From assembly GCA_965215575.1 (NCBI GenBank), contig OZ244069.1, forward strand, positions 2,293,155-2,357,154: DNA of 64,000 nucleotides. Direction: 5' to 3'. This document shows positions 8,994-18,869 of the stretch, piece after piece. A model generated the notes under the pieces. That model was not told the origin of the DNA. It saw nothing but the letters and a program-made list of their open reading frames with translations, and did not search any database. Origin of the DNA: Alphaproteobacteria bacterium (GTDB lineage Bacteria > Pseudomonadota > Alphaproteobacteria > TMED109). How positions within the stretch are numbered: the stretch's first letter is position 1; each line of letters opens with the position of its first letter. Made by a program: the position numbers and the translations under genes.

Positions 8994-10706
8994 TTACAAC
9001 TGGATCGCGGCACTCTGTTCCTTGATGCGGTGGTTCAAGATTTCATCATTCTCGGCATAGTCGACAGGGCAGTCGACCAGGTGCACGCCATCGGTCTGAA
9101 GGCACTTCTCCAGCAGCGGGATCAATTCATCGGCATTCCCAACCCGATGTCCGTGCGCTCCATAGCTCTCGGCGTACGTCCGAAAATCGGGGTTTCCATA
9201 CTCCAGGCCCCAGTCACGAAAGCCCATGTTCGACTGCTTCCAGCGAATCATTCCGTAGGCGCTGTCGTTCAAAATCAGGCACGTCAAATTCATCCGTAAA
9301 CGTACCGCGGTCTCGATTTCCTGCGAGTTCATCATGAACCCACCGTCGCCGCAGACGGCCAGGACTTTGCGGTTCGGATGGACCAGATGCGCAGCCATCG
9401 CCGACGGTAACCCGGCTCCCATGGTCGCCAGCGCATTGTCCAGCAGCACCGTGTTCGGTGCACGAGCTCGGTAGTTCCGGGCAAACCAGATCTTGTACAC
9501 GCCGTTGTCCAGACACACGATGCCGTCATCGGGCATGACCGACTGGACGTCACGAACCAACCGCTGGGGATACAGGGGAAATCTCGGATCCTCTGCCCCT
9601 TCCTCCATGCTGGCGTCGTGGTGCGCCTTGATTGTCATCATCCGGCCGAAGTCCCACGACGTTTCCTCGAGTTCGAGCAACCTGCTGATCCGCCAAATCG
9701 CGTTGGCGATGTCACCGACCACCTCGATCTGGGGGAAATAGACGGGATCCACTTCCGCGGAGCGGAAATTCACGTGGATGACGTCCGTTTCGCGGGACAC
9801 GCTGACGGGGTCGACATCCGACTGGTGCGGGGCGTCGGCCGATACGGGGCCGCGGTGCATGAAGAAGGGGGGTTTTTCGATCACATCGTGGCCGACGTTG
9901 ATTACGAGGTCGGCACTTTCGATGGCTCGATGAACGAAATCGCCAGCGGAGAGGGCGGCACATCCCATGAACAGGGGATGGTATTCATCGATAACGCCCT
10001 TGCCGAGCTGGGTCGTGGCGAAGGGAATTCCGAAACGCTCGACCATGGCGGTCAGCATCCGACTGGTGAGTTTGCGGTTGCCGCCGGCGCCGATCACGAT
10101 GATCGGCGACCTGGCACTGGCGATCCTCTCAACTGCTGCCCTTACAGCCTTTTCCTCCGCGATGGGTCGCCGCACATAGGACGCAGGTACCGGCCGCTCT
10201 ACGGTCTCCTCTCCGGCAATGTCTTCGGGGAGTTCCAGGTGCACCGCCCCGGGTTTTTCTTCCTCCGCCTGTCGGAGCGCCTCCCGCACCCTGCTCGGGA
10301 TGTTATCGGCGGAAACGATTTGGTGAGCGTACTTCGTAATCGGCCGCATCATCTCGACAACGTCAAGAATCTGAAAACGACCCTGCTTCGAGCGCTTCAC
10401 CGGCTTTTGGCCGGTAATCATCATCATGGGCATCCCACCCAAGGTCGCGTAGGCCGCTGCCGTCGTGAAGTTCGTGGCACCAGGGCCCAGGGTCGAGAGA
10501 CAGATCCCGGCCTTGCCCGTGAAACGACCGTAAGTTGCAGCCATAAAGCCAGCGGCCTGCTCGTGGCGCGTCAGGACCAGCCGTACAGTGTCCGACCGGC
10601 TGAGGGAGTCCAGGAAATCAAGGTTTTCCTCACCGGGGATACCGAAGATCATGGTGACCCCTTCGGTCTCCAACGCTTTGACCAGCAGGTCTGATGCCTT
10701 GCCCAT
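8994..10706 (-). CDS. Thiamine-diphosphate enzyme, acetolactate synthase large-subunit-like
   Basis: N-terminal LETEGVTMIFGIPGEENLDF, and ThDP motif GDGGFMMNSQEIETAVRLRMNLTCLILNDSAYG. The start is trimmed to ATG 10706. The track start at 10850 adds 48 Arg/Gly-rich residues. Confidence 0.8.
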   Translation of the reverse strand: MGKASDLLVKALETEGVTMIFGIPGEENLDFLDSLSRSDTVRLVLTRHEQAAGFMAATYGRFTGKAGICLSTLGPGATNFTTAAAYATLGGMPMMMITGQKPVKRSKQGRFQILDVVEMMRPITKYAHQIVSADNIPSRVREALRQAEEEKPGAVHLELPEDIAGEETVERPVPASYVRRPIAEEKAVRAAVERIASARSPIIVIGAGGNRKLTSRMLTAMVERFGIPFATTQLGKGVIDEYHPLFMGCAALSAGDFVHRAIESADLVINVGHDVIEKPPFFMHRGPVSADAPHQSDVDPVSVSRETDVIHVNFRSAEVDPVYFPQIEVVGDIANAIWRISRLLELEETSWDFGRMMTIKAHHDASMEEGAEDPRFPLYPQRLVRDVQSVMPDDGIVCLDNGVYKIWFARNYRARAPNTVLLDNALATMGAGLPSAMAAHLVHPNRKVLAVCGDGGFMMNSQEIETAVRLRMNLTCLILNDSAYGMIRWKQSNMGFRDWGLEYGNPDFRTYAESYGAHGHRVGNADELIPLLEKCLQTDGVHLVDCPVDYAENDEILNHRIKEQSAAIQL

Positions 10707-11087
10707 GTTGCCTCTCCCGCGCCCACCGGCACATGACCGACCGTCTGATACAAGCGGATGCCATCTTTGTCGAACGACGGAGCCGGAAGGGAAACTACGG
10801 CCTCTGGCGGCACTGGCAACAGGGCAAGCCGGTCGGCCTCGGAAGCGCACTACCGCCGCGACCTACGGATTTTCGGATGCGGCCGCCTGTGGCTGCAGGC
10901 GAAACCATGCGCTGGTGCTGATGCCGCCGAAGGCTCATGCGGAGGTGGCTGCCCATTGCTAGGCGACTTTTGGGTGGTTATCGGGGCGATGCATGTACAT
11001 TTGTGTTGTAGGTGTTGCTGAAGTTGTGGGCTCGGCCGGAACAAATGCTCGAAGTTTTTCGGCCCTAAATCTTTCTGGAGGCAAAGT

Positions 11088-11699
11088 GTGGAAGACGTAG
11101 CCGCACAGAACATCCCCGAGGTGGGAAATCCCATCGAACTCTTGTTGGAGTGGCGTGCAGACGCCAAAGAGCGCGAAGTACACGATTCAACAGGCGCGTG
11201 CCTTGCCACCTGCGATACGCATGGCCTTCCCTCGGCGCGGATCGTGCTGATCAAGTTGGTCGATACCAGGGGACTGGTTTTCTATACCAACAGTTTGAGC
11301 CGAAAAGGAAGTGAGATCGCTCGAAATCCCCGCGCGGCGCTCGTCTTTCATTGGCCAACTTTGCAGCGGCAGGTTCGTGTAGAAGGAGCAGTTGAACAAG
11401 TGGATGGCGACGAGGCAGACGCCTATTTCGCGTCGCGCCCGAGAGGCAGCCAGATTGGTGCGTGGGCAAGTGCACAGTCGTCCGTGTTGAAAGGTGGGCT
11501 CGAAGAATTGGCATCAAGCTTCCGTGATGCAATCCAGCGTCACACCCAAGCCGACGTGCCACGCCCGTCATATTGGCAGGGATACCGAGTGGTTCCGGAG
11601 CGGATCGAATTCTGGCGGCATCGGGATGATCGCATGCACGAGCGCCTGCGGTACCGCCGCGATAGAGGAGGCTGGATACGCGAGCGCTTGGCGCCCTAG
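11088..11699 (+). CDS. pdxH: Pyridoxamine 5'-phosphate oxidase
   Basis: A GTG start lies 7 nt after GGAGG. The C-terminal signature is RIEFWRHRDDRMHERLRY. Confidence 0.9.
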   Translation: MEDVAAQNIPEVGNPIELLLEWRADAKEREVHDSTGACLATCDTHGLPSARIVLIKLVDTRGLVFYTNSLSRKGSEIARNPRAALVFHWPTLQRQVRVEGAVEQVDGDEADAYFASRPRGSQIGAWASAQSSVLKGGLEELASSFRDAIQRHTQADVPRPSYWQGYRVVPERIEFWRHRDDRMHERLRYRRDRGGWIRERLAP

Positions 11700-12541
11700 C
11701 GCCCGTGAGTGTGGAGGCCACATCCCAACCGGGAAGGATGGGGTGCGGAATCTAGCTCTGGAACCCCAGGTCGGGTGCCGGCCTTGGGGGGGGGGGCGTA
11801 AAAGCTTCTAGGCGGGAATGGACTGCGCGTTTCAGGACAGGCTCCGAAGTTCCAAGACAACGTATTCTCAGAGCAAATCCTGGCGGATCCTGGTAGGCGC
11901 GAGGCGGCCGCGCGAGGTTGTTGCCTTTGCTCGTCAACGATTCTCAAGAGGGAGAGGTTGTTGCCTTTGCTCGGGCGTGTGCCCTCGTTTCGGGCGCGCA
12001 CAAGCCAGGTCATGCCCTCGGCATAGCATCCCTCGAGCAGTTCGGAGCGATCAGCCCCGGTTCCGCCATACCTCTCGTCGATGAGTTTGAACTGTTCGAT
12101 ATAGCGTTGGGCTGCCGCCAGAATCCTAACCCCGTCAACGATGTACCGGAGTTCGTTCGCGCTCCAGCAATCAACCTTGAGTTCATCTCCGGACTGGAGC
12201 GCGATGTGACCGAATTCGTGGAGAAAGAAGAATTTTGATGCTCCGGGAAACCTGCGTTCGATCGCAACCACGCGCTGCAGGCAGTAGAAGATTCGCCCTT
12301 CGGGCTCCGCTACGGCAATGCCTCCACCGGTTCGGGCGCAACTCGGGATCAATTCGGCTTCCGAAACTGCGATCTGGTCGTCAGCGCCGTCGCCAGCGAA
12401 TGCCTGCACTTGCTCTACCACCAAGAGCATGCAAAGCGCCGTAAGGCCGCGCAGCAGTAACCCGTGGCGGAACCTTCCGACCAGCGCCGCGCAGCACGAA
12501 GTGCTTGAAGGCCTAGGCGGCAAAGGGCCGTCTGGCATCAC
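11696..12541 (-). CDS. Hypothetical exported protein with HExxH motif (putative metallopeptidase-like); C-terminal tail doubtful
   Basis: Hydrophobic N-terminus (LTALCMLLVVEQVQA) and FFLHEFGHIAL. The last ~90 codons are low-complexity, span a 20-nt direct repeat and a G11 tract, and end in a shared CTAG with the pdxH stop. Confidence 0.4.
   Translation of the reverse strand: MMPDGPLPPRPSSTSCCAALVGRFRHGLLLRGLTALCMLLVVEQVQAFAGDGADDQIAVSEAELIPSCARTGGGIAVAEPEGRIFYCLQRVVAIERRFPGASKFFFLHEFGHIALQSGDELKVDCWSANELRYIVDGVRILAAAQRYIEQFKLIDERYGGTGADRSELLEGCYAEGMTWLVRARNEGTRPSKGNNLSLLRIVDEQRQQPRAAASRLPGSARICSENTLSWNFGACPETRSPFPPRSFYAPPPKAGTRPGVPELDSAPHPSRLGCGLHTHGR
11786..11796. repeat. G11 homopolymer tract
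   Basis: Counted directly: eleven consecutive G at 11786-11796. It encodes PPP on the minus-strand ORF tail. Confidence 0.95.
11914..11973. repeat. 20-nt perfect direct repeat (GAGGTTGTTGCCTTTGCTCG), period 40 nt
   Basis: Copies lie at 11914-11933 and 11954-11973. The period is not a multiple of 3, so the two copies are read in different frames of the minus ORF. Confidence 0.9.
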
Positions 12542-12605
12542 GTGAACACCTCCAAGAATCGGCGGATGCTGGCGCCGACTTCGTCAGGAGTGTGATTTCG
12601 AGGGC

Positions 12606-13861
12606 GGAAGTCGCCGGATGGCGGCCTTGCCGCCGGGACGGGGCCGATGTTCGGGGCTGATCAGCCCCACCTGGCGGCATCGGGGCAGACTCAGGCTCTG
12701 GCCGCTCGGCGTTCGTGGAAGACCAGCCGCTGGAAGTTGTAGGCGAGGTTCACCAGACCGATCTTCGTGCGAGCCCGCGCGAGCCCGATCGTTCGCACGC
12801 GCAACCCCATCCGCTCTTTCTGGTGGGCGAAAACGTGCTCGACCGTGGCGCGCACCGACGATTTCCGCGCATTCCCGCGGGCGATAGGGCGCGGCATCGG
12901 CCGGCCCGGCGGTTTCTTCCGATGGATCTGCGACACCCGCCCCAGGCTCGCGAGCCACGCCTCGTTGGCCGCCGAGCGGTAGGCCGTATCCGCCCAGACA
13001 CTCGCCGCCAGGTTGTCACTCGTCACCAGCTCGGACAGCATCGATCCGTCATGGCAGGCCGCATCGGTCACCGCCGCTCGCCGGATGAACCCGAACCGAC
13101 GGTCGATCGCCACGTGGTTCTTGTATCCGAACACCGGGATCGCAATCGTCGGCAGCTGCCGCCCGGCGCCGTCCGGCGGACGCTGCCGCCCGGTTTTCAC
13201 CGTCCAGCGGGCATCAAGGTCCTTCTGCGCCGCCCTCGCCGGCTGCTCCGGCCAGATCACGTCCGCGGGCTGCCCGGACTTCGCCGCCTCCTTCTCCGGA
13301 CGCGTCAGGCGCTGCCGCGGCGCTGCCACCAGCGTCGCATCCACGATCTGGCCCCCCATCGGCAGATAGCCCGCCCCGCGCAGCGCCCGATCGAAGGCGA
13401 GGAACAGCGCATCGATCACGCCGGCCCTGATAAGCCGCTCCCGGAACGTCCAGATCGTGTTGCGATCCGGCGTCGGGGCACCCAGCTCGAAGCCGAGAAA
13501 CCGCAGCCAGCTCAGGCGGTCGCGGATCAGAAACTCCATCCGCTCGTCGCTGACCGTGTGCCGCGCCGCCAGGATCAGGACCTTGAACATCACCACCGGG
13601 TCATACGGCGGACGGCCGCCCTTCGACCCGTCCGCATAGCCCAGTGCGCGCTCCAGGGGCTCCCGGAACTGCTCGAAGTCGATCACCCGGTTCAAGACCT
13701 CCAGCGGATCTCCGGTCTTCGACAGCTGCGCAAGATGATCCGGCAAATCAAACAATCCCGTGGGTCGCATCGCTCGTGCCCCTCGCTGCTTCGGCAACCG
13801 GCCCGCACCTTAGTACATGCGCCAGGTAAATGGAGGGATCCACGTGGCTCCGGACAGTTCC
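12606..13861 (-). mobile_element. IS5-family insertion sequence (boundaries approximate)
   Basis: A single DDE transposase ORF with about 85-90 bp flanks. A candidate imperfect terminal inverted repeat is GGAAGTCGCCGGA (12606-12618) against the reverse complement of 13849-13861 (GGAACTGTCCGGA). No target duplication could be confirmed. Confidence 0.55.
12691..13770 (-). CDS. IS5-family DDE transposase
   Basis: GGRPPYDPVVMFKVLILAARHTVSDERMEFLIRDRLSWLRFLGF, GYKNHVAIDRRFGFIRRAAVTDAACHD, DTAYRS and RATVEHVFAHQKERMG. The start is taken at ATG 13770. Confidence 0.9.
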   Translation of the reverse strand: MRPTGLFDLPDHLAQLSKTGDPLEVLNRVIDFEQFREPLERALGYADGSKGGRPPYDPVVMFKVLILAARHTVSDERMEFLIRDRLSWLRFLGFELGAPTPDRNTIWTFRERLIRAGVIDALFLAFDRALRGAGYLPMGGQIVDATLVAAPRQRLTRPEKEAAKSGQPADVIWPEQPARAAQKDLDARWTVKTGRQRPPDGAGRQLPTIAIPVFGYKNHVAIDRRFGFIRRAAVTDAACHDGSMLSELVTSDNLAASVWADTAYRSAANEAWLASLGRVSQIHRKKPPGRPMPRPIARGNARKSSVRATVEHVFAHQKERMGLRVRTIGLARARTKIGLVNLAYNFQRLVFHERRAARA

Positions 13862-13939
13862 CGAATCTTTCAGCGAAGCCCGAAACTTTGTGCCGCGAGG
13901 CGGGGCACCACGGGGCCGGACGTGAATTGGTCCGCCCTG

Positions 13940-14395
13940 TCAAGCTGGATAGTGCACTGCTATTCCTTCGAGGATGCACGCGGGGCGTTCAGCTCCATCG
14001 ATCTCGATGGTTGAACGGTTTTCGACCTTGATGCCACCCTTGAAGTCCTCTACGCGGAGAATCTCCAGTCGACCGCGAATCCGGTCTCCTGGTCGGACGG
14101 GGGTCAGAAATCGAATTCTGTTGGCGCCGTAGTTGATTGTCTGCGCCACGCCATCAACCGTCAGGATTTCGCCGGTAAATGCGCTGACCAGCGAGAGAGT
14201 GAGGAATCCGTGCGCGATGGTGGATCCAAACGGGCCCGCAGCGGCTTTCTCTTCATCAAGATGAATCCATTGATAGTCGCGGGTTGCTTGAGCAAACGAG
14301 TCGATGCGCTTCTGATCAATCTCCAGCCAGGAGCTGGCGCCGATTTCGGTTCCGGCGTATTTCGGTAGATCTGCAAGTGCAATGACAGTTGGCAT
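13940..14395 (-). CDS. MaoC-like (R)-specific enoyl-CoA hydratase/dehydratase
   Basis: A 151-aa hot-dog fold pattern: DYQWIHLDEEKAAAGPFGSTIAHGFLTLSL. Confidence 0.8.
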   Translation of the reverse strand: MPTVIALADLPKYAGTEIGASSWLEIDQKRIDSFAQATRDYQWIHLDEEKAAAGPFGSTIAHGFLTLSLVSAFTGEILTVDGVAQTINYGANRIRFLTPVRPGDRIRGRLEILRVEDFKGGIKVENRSTIEIDGAERPACILEGIAVHYPA

Positions 14396-14835
14396 CGTGG
14401 ATTTGCTCCGGAGTTCTGATGGGTAGTGTCTCGGACTGACAGGTCAGGCGTCGGCGCCGCATTGGCGTCAATGCGAAATTAGATGCTCAGGACCGTGTCC
14501 TTGGAAGGAGCCTAGCAGGACAACCGCGCGATGGGCTGTATCCAGTTCCAAGAGCGATTCCTGGCAGGGTTCGAAGCGATAGCCTTCTTGGAGTTGGCCT
14601 CCAACCATCAATTTGCAGGCCAAGGCTGGCGAATCGGGTACCTGCTGCCTCCGGGCCGAGCGATGCCGGTACTGTTCGACTGTTGAAAACTGTGTCCCGC
14701 CTGCTCCCGGAGATCGGGCAGCATGGCGGTCTCCCCACGAGTGGAGCAGGAACCTTATCTTGAAAAGCGCCCTGCCTGACGGTTGGCGGCTCGGAGCGAC
14801 AGTGGCTACCGGCCCCTATGCAACAGTTGGCCAAC

Positions 14836-15405
14836 CTAGGCCGACGAATGGTCCGCCACACCTGGTCTTCGCAATTCGAGCAGGTGTCGCAGAAGCGACA
14901 CGAGACTGGTGATCGCCTGCCGGTCGAGATCACCAAGCCATTGACGCTCTCGCGCATGTTGGAGCTCGAACGCTTCCTTGACGCGGCGACGTCCCTTGTG
15001 GGTGACGATCACCGTCACCACCCGTCGATCCGCTGATTGCCTTCGACGCTTGACGAGTGCGTCCCGTTCCAGAGTATTGAGGACGCTCGATACCGTGCCT
15101 CTCGATACAGCGCACAACCTGGCGAGTTCGCGCGGCTCGACCTCCCTCTCTACCCAGGTGCAGAACAGCACCCTGAAGCCTGCCCAAGATATTCCAAGTG
15201 GTCGATGAACATTGGTTTCGAAGTCGTACATCAAGCGATTGGCGACGCGGATTAGATCGAACGCCGCAGCGAACACTTCCGGATCGACTACGGTTTCCGC
15301 TTCTTCGGCAAGCCGAGCGAGGGCCTGCCTTTCGAAGGTAGCGGCCCGTGAGAACTGGTCAGGGGACTCGCTCGCCAATGGTTTTGGCCGAATCTTGTCG
15401 CCCAT
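14836..15405 (-). CDS. MarR-family transcriptional regulator
   Basis: Winged-helix segment EPRELARLCAVSRGTVSSVLNTLERDALVKRRRQSADRRVVTV. It lies 380 nt downstream of the hpa-type operon on the same strand. Confidence 0.8.
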   Translation of the reverse strand: MGDKIRPKPLASESPDQFSRAATFERQALARLAEEAETVVDPEVFAAAFDLIRVANRLMYDFETNVHRPLGISWAGFRVLFCTWVEREVEPRELARLCAVSRGTVSSVLNTLERDALVKRRRQSADRRVVTVIVTHKGRRRVKEAFELQHARERQWLGDLDRQAITSLVSLLRHLLELRRPGVADHSSA

Positions 15406-15784
15406 CGTGTGTCTACCTCTCTTGTCAGGTTGCTCGGCTGGCGTGGAGATCAGAAGTCGGTCGGTCGATCGATCGGAAATCCTGCCGGTTCGGCGCCTAG
15501 AACGGAACGGAGCGCTCCAGTTTCACAGCCGGATGTGATCGACGGGGCTTTGCCCACCGCCTTCGCGGTGGTGAGAGCGACGATGCCCCAAAGTCTTAAG
15601 TGCATTGGAAGCTACCCCGCGCGTTGCGCGGCAATCATTTTCCCTAGAAGTCTATCGTATGGACGCTGTTCCCTCCGGGTTCCAAGCCGGGCTCACAACC
15701 GTCACCAAGACAGCGACGGCATGTCCGCCGGTCCTCTAGCCGATTGTGTTCGCCTTTATTCCGTTGAGCATACGTGGGGATCCA

Positions 15785-17035
15785 TCAGCCCACGCGCTTG
15801 TCCACAACACGTACGGCCTTGCCGCTAAATCGCTCGAAAGTATTGGGCGGCACGACTTCAAGAGAAGGCTTGACGCCGAGGCGTCTATACAGGTCGTAAA
15901 AAAGGTCTGATTGCAGTGAATCGTCCGGATGCTCGTACCTGACGGCTATCGTATCGTTGGCGGCCCGCTTTCGGTCAACCTCGATTCTCCACTCCGCGCC
16001 CTGGGTCAATTGCCCCGCAAGCACATCCTCGATCACGCTTGGGTAGACCAGCGCTCCGCGCACCTTGATGGCGTCATCTACGCGACCGACGAGCGTCGTC
16101 ACTTGCGGCCAACCCGACGCGTCGCGCTCGGATGGTAGTGATACTGCGAGATCTCTTGTCCGGTATCGGATCAGTAGCGTGCCTTCACGATAGGGCGTGC
16201 TCAGGGTGATTTCCCCGATTTCCCCGGCCCCCACGGGTTCATCTACATCGGGATGCAGAAGCTCCACCACAAAATATTCGGTGTTGATGTTTAGCCGACC
16301 GGCGAACGGATCCTCGGGAGGGGCAAAAGCCAGGATCGGTCCACCGGTTTCGGTCGCCCCGTACAGCTCTTGCCAGCGGAAGCCAGAGCCAAACGCGTTC
16401 GAGACGCCCCGCTTCAGAGACGCGCTCGACCCCTCCCCGCCGAGGAGGCCCATCCGGAGACCGAGCTCCTTGAGATCGTCCCCGGATTGAGTGGCTGTTT
16501 CGGCCAGTAGGCGCATGTAGGACGGCGTGGCCGAGATAAGGGTCACCGCCGGCAGCTCCTGAAGCCATTCGATGATCTGAGCGGGTCCCGTCGGCCCACA
16601 AGATACGGTGCCGGCACCGCCGGAACGGGCCAGTTCATCGAGCGACGGGGCTCCGATCCAGAGCCCTCCGCCGTGGGTGTTCAGCAGGACGTCGGTGCTT
16701 CCGATTCCGATGCACTGTGCCACCCAGTGATACTGGTCCCGGATCGCTTGCCAGTCGCTTTCCGTAAAGCCGATCAACAGTCGTGAACCGGTCGTGCCGG
16801 AAGTCGCCGACACCCGATACATTTCTGACAGCGGCCGTGCGGACAGGGGCAATCGGCCGAAGCTTGTCAGCTCTTCCTTACTGCAGGTGGGAAGGGCGTG
16901 CAGATCGAGGGAGCCTGTCTTGCGATGGAGATCGGCATAAAATGGGATCTCCCGCCGCGCACGATCAATCGTATCCCTGAACGCCGCCTCGTGGCGGCCC
17001 AACTCACCGATAGGGGGTGCCTTGGCCTCAGGCAC
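15785..17035 (-). CDS. Phenylacetate-CoA ligase-like (PaaK/F390 synthetase family) adenylate-forming enzyme
   Basis: IPFYADLHRKTG, the P-loop-like SATSGTTGS, and WQELYGATETGG. GTG start 17035 overlaps the upstream FAH stop by 8 nt. Confidence 0.75.
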   Translation of the reverse strand: MPEAKAPPIGELGRHEAAFRDTIDRARREIPFYADLHRKTGSLDLHALPTCSKEELTSFGRLPLSARPLSEMYRVSATSGTTGSRLLIGFTESDWQAIRDQYHWVAQCIGIGSTDVLLNTHGGGLWIGAPSLDELARSGGAGTVSCGPTGPAQIIEWLQELPAVTLISATPSYMRLLAETATQSGDDLKELGLRMGLLGGEGSSASLKRGVSNAFGSGFRWQELYGATETGGPILAFAPPEDPFAGRLNINTEYFVVELLHPDVDEPVGAGEIGEITLSTPYREGTLLIRYRTRDLAVSLPSERDASGWPQVTTLVGRVDDAIKVRGALVYPSVIEDVLAGQLTQGAEWRIEVDRKRAANDTIAVRYEHPDDSLQSDLFYDLYRRLGVKPSLEVVPPNTFERFSGKAVRVVDKRVG

Positions 17036-17978
17036 TCCCTGGGCCTTCTTCCCGATTTCGGCGGAGAAAGTCGTCGCGATTGTTGAAGTAGTCTGCGGGC
17101 TCGATACCGTAGCCTTCGTTCTTCATGCGGTGGTAGTCCTTGCCGAGAGCCACCGCTCTGACTCCCTTGCTGTTGTTGGGTTGATGACCCTCAGCATGGC
17201 TTGGAACTGGCCCTCCAATCACGGTGTTGGAGAGGCGACCCAGGCCGTCGATCTCTACCTCCACTTTGTCGCCGACCGCCATCGGCCGCGAGTGCCATGG
17301 CGTTCCTGTGAGCACGACGTCTCCCGGCAGCAGTGTGATATGGCGGCTCAAATCCGCGAGGAGATAGTCGATTCCCCAGACCATCTCGCTCACGGGCCCT
17401 TCCTGGACAACCTGGCCATTGAGATAGGTGCGAAGCATCGAATTCCGCACATCTACGCCGCTCACGATTCCCGGGCCGATTGGACAAAAGCCGTCCATGC
17501 CTTTGACTCGCAGCATGGAGCCAGCGTCGGTCCCGCGAAAATCATGCGCGCCGACGTCATTGGCCGGGGAGAAGCCTGAGAGATGCTCCCAGACCTGATC
17601 ACGGGAAGCGTTCTTCAGGGGCCGGCCCACGATTGCAGCGATCTCCCCCTCGTAGTTGAGCCAATGACAATCAGCGGGTCGTACCAAGTCCCCGCGATGA
17701 ACGTTGAGCGCGCTCGCCGGTTTCGCGAAGTAGGTCGGGGTCTCCCCTTCGAGATCGCGGCCAAACTCGATGGCACGCGAACGGAAATTCAAGTGCACGC
17801 AGATGATCTTGCTCGGCTCGCAAGGCGGCAAATAGACCGCTTCCCGTTCCGGCACTCGACGACCGTCAGACAGGGCGAGCATCTCGCCGTCCGGTTCGCA
17901 CCACTGCGCCCTGCCTTCGAGGAGAATGCGGCGTCGATCCTGTCGGGGACCCTCGAGAACGCTCATTTCCAGCGCCAT
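17028..17978 (-). CDS. Fumarylacetoacetate hydrolase (FAH) family hydratase/decarboxylase (HpaG-like), with about 55-aa C-terminal extension
   Basis: A GGGAGG RBS lies 7 nt before ATG 17978. FAH core strings are YFAKPASAL, NYEGEIAAIVG and GDVVLTGTP...VEVEIDGLGRLSNTV. Confidence 0.85.
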   Translation of the reverse strand: MALEMSVLEGPRQDRRRILLEGRAQWCEPDGEMLALSDGRRVPEREAVYLPPCEPSKIICVHLNFRSRAIEFGRDLEGETPTYFAKPASALNVHRGDLVRPADCHWLNYEGEIAAIVGRPLKNASRDQVWEHLSGFSPANDVGAHDFRGTDAGSMLRVKGMDGFCPIGPGIVSGVDVRNSMLRTYLNGQVVQEGPVSEMVWGIDYLLADLSRHITLLPGDVVLTGTPWHSRPMAVGDKVEVEIDGLGRLSNTVIGGPVPSHAEGHQPNNSKGVRAVALGKDYHRMKNEGYGIEPADYFNNRDDFLRRNREEGPGSA

Positions 17979-18008
17979 GCTCGCACCTCCCGCTCAATCT
18001 GCAGCGTG

Positions 18009-18869
18009 TCAGTTCTCGAGATCAAAGACCATATGCACCTGACCGGTGCCGATCGAATTCTCGTAAGCGGAATATCGTTCGCCACAAGCCTTGCAGGCGC
18101 GGCCGCCGACGGCGCCTAGGAGCATCAAGTAGTGGGCGAAGCGCCCTTCCGGCCCATGGCGGCGGTACTCGGGGTAGAAATCGTAAACGGCGGCGTGGTC
18201 GCCACGCTCCCAGCATTCCAGCACATATCGATCCGCAGCTTGCGCCTCCAGCGTAACAACGTGGCTCGGATCGTAGTCCTGATGGTCAAAGAGCGCCCGC
18301 AACGGCCAGAATCGATGTGACAGGCCGCCGCTCCCGAGAAGAGCGACGCGGGCCGGTGTGCGTTCTATTGCGGCAGCGATCACGCCCCCAAAGGCGAGAT
18401 AGTCGTCAAGTTCCGCGGTCTGGCAGACGCCTACGGATAGGACTTTCTCGTCGCGGCGGATGTGATGCACGAGGTTAATGGTGGGGTAGTGGTGAGGCAG
18501 CGTCGGCGTGGTGACGTTGGTTGTCCTGATGCGCCGCTCCTTCGCCACGCTGCGGATTGCTTCGGCAAGAACCGGGGCACCCGCATAGTCAAACGGGACT
18601 TCGTGTATGACCCGGGGTACCTCTTCCGAGGTGTAGACGCCCTTATGGTGTGTGGCGCCAGCGATGACATGCTCGGTGGTGGTGAACCAGTGGGTATCGA
18701 AGATCACCCAGCTATCAACCGCCTTGGCCTCGAAGTGTGCTCGCAAGCGCTGGTAACCCTCGACCAAAGTGGTGTCTTGCCCACTGCCTCCAAGTCTCCG
18801 CCGGACATCTTCCTCCAGCATTACGGTCGGCACGTGTCCGACCACTGCCGCGCTTACGATCTCACCCAC
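18009..18869 (-). CDS. hpaD: Homoprotocatechuate 2,3-dioxygenase-like class III (LigB-type) extradiol dioxygenase
   Basis: Collinear with E. coli HpcB features: HVPT near the N-terminus, FDTHW, GVYTSEE, SGGLSHRF, GTGQVHMVF. GTG 18869 lies 8 nt after GGGAG. ATG 18908 is the alternative start. Confidence 0.8.
   Translation of the reverse strand: MGEIVSAAVVGHVPTVMLEEDVRRRLGGSGQDTTLVEGYQRLRAHFEAKAVDSWVIFDTHWFTTTEHVIAGATHHKGVYTSEEVPRVIHEVPFDYAGAPVLAEAIRSVAKERRIRTTNVTTPTLPHHYPTINLVHHIRRDEKVLSVGVCQTAELDDYLAFGGVIAAAIERTPARVALLGSGGLSHRFWPLRALFDHQDYDPSHVVTLEAQAADRYVLECWERGDHAAVYDFYPEYRRHGPEGRFAHYLMLLGAVGGRACKACGERYSAYENSIGTGQVHMVFDLEN

Noticed and set aside
12715-14031. 438-aa plus-strand ORF covering the IS5 element
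   Set aside because: It is antisense to a clearly recognisable transposase. The translation is Arg/Pro/His/Gly-rich low complexity. This is a typical high-GC shadow ORF.
14531-14686. 51-codon ORF (MGCIQFQERFLAGFEAIAFLELASNHQFAGQGWRIGYLLPPGRAMPVLFDC) between maoC and the MarR gene
   Set aside because: The nearest GGAAGGAG lies about 20 nt upstream, which is too far. No family was recognised and third-position GC is unremarkable. It was noted but not called.
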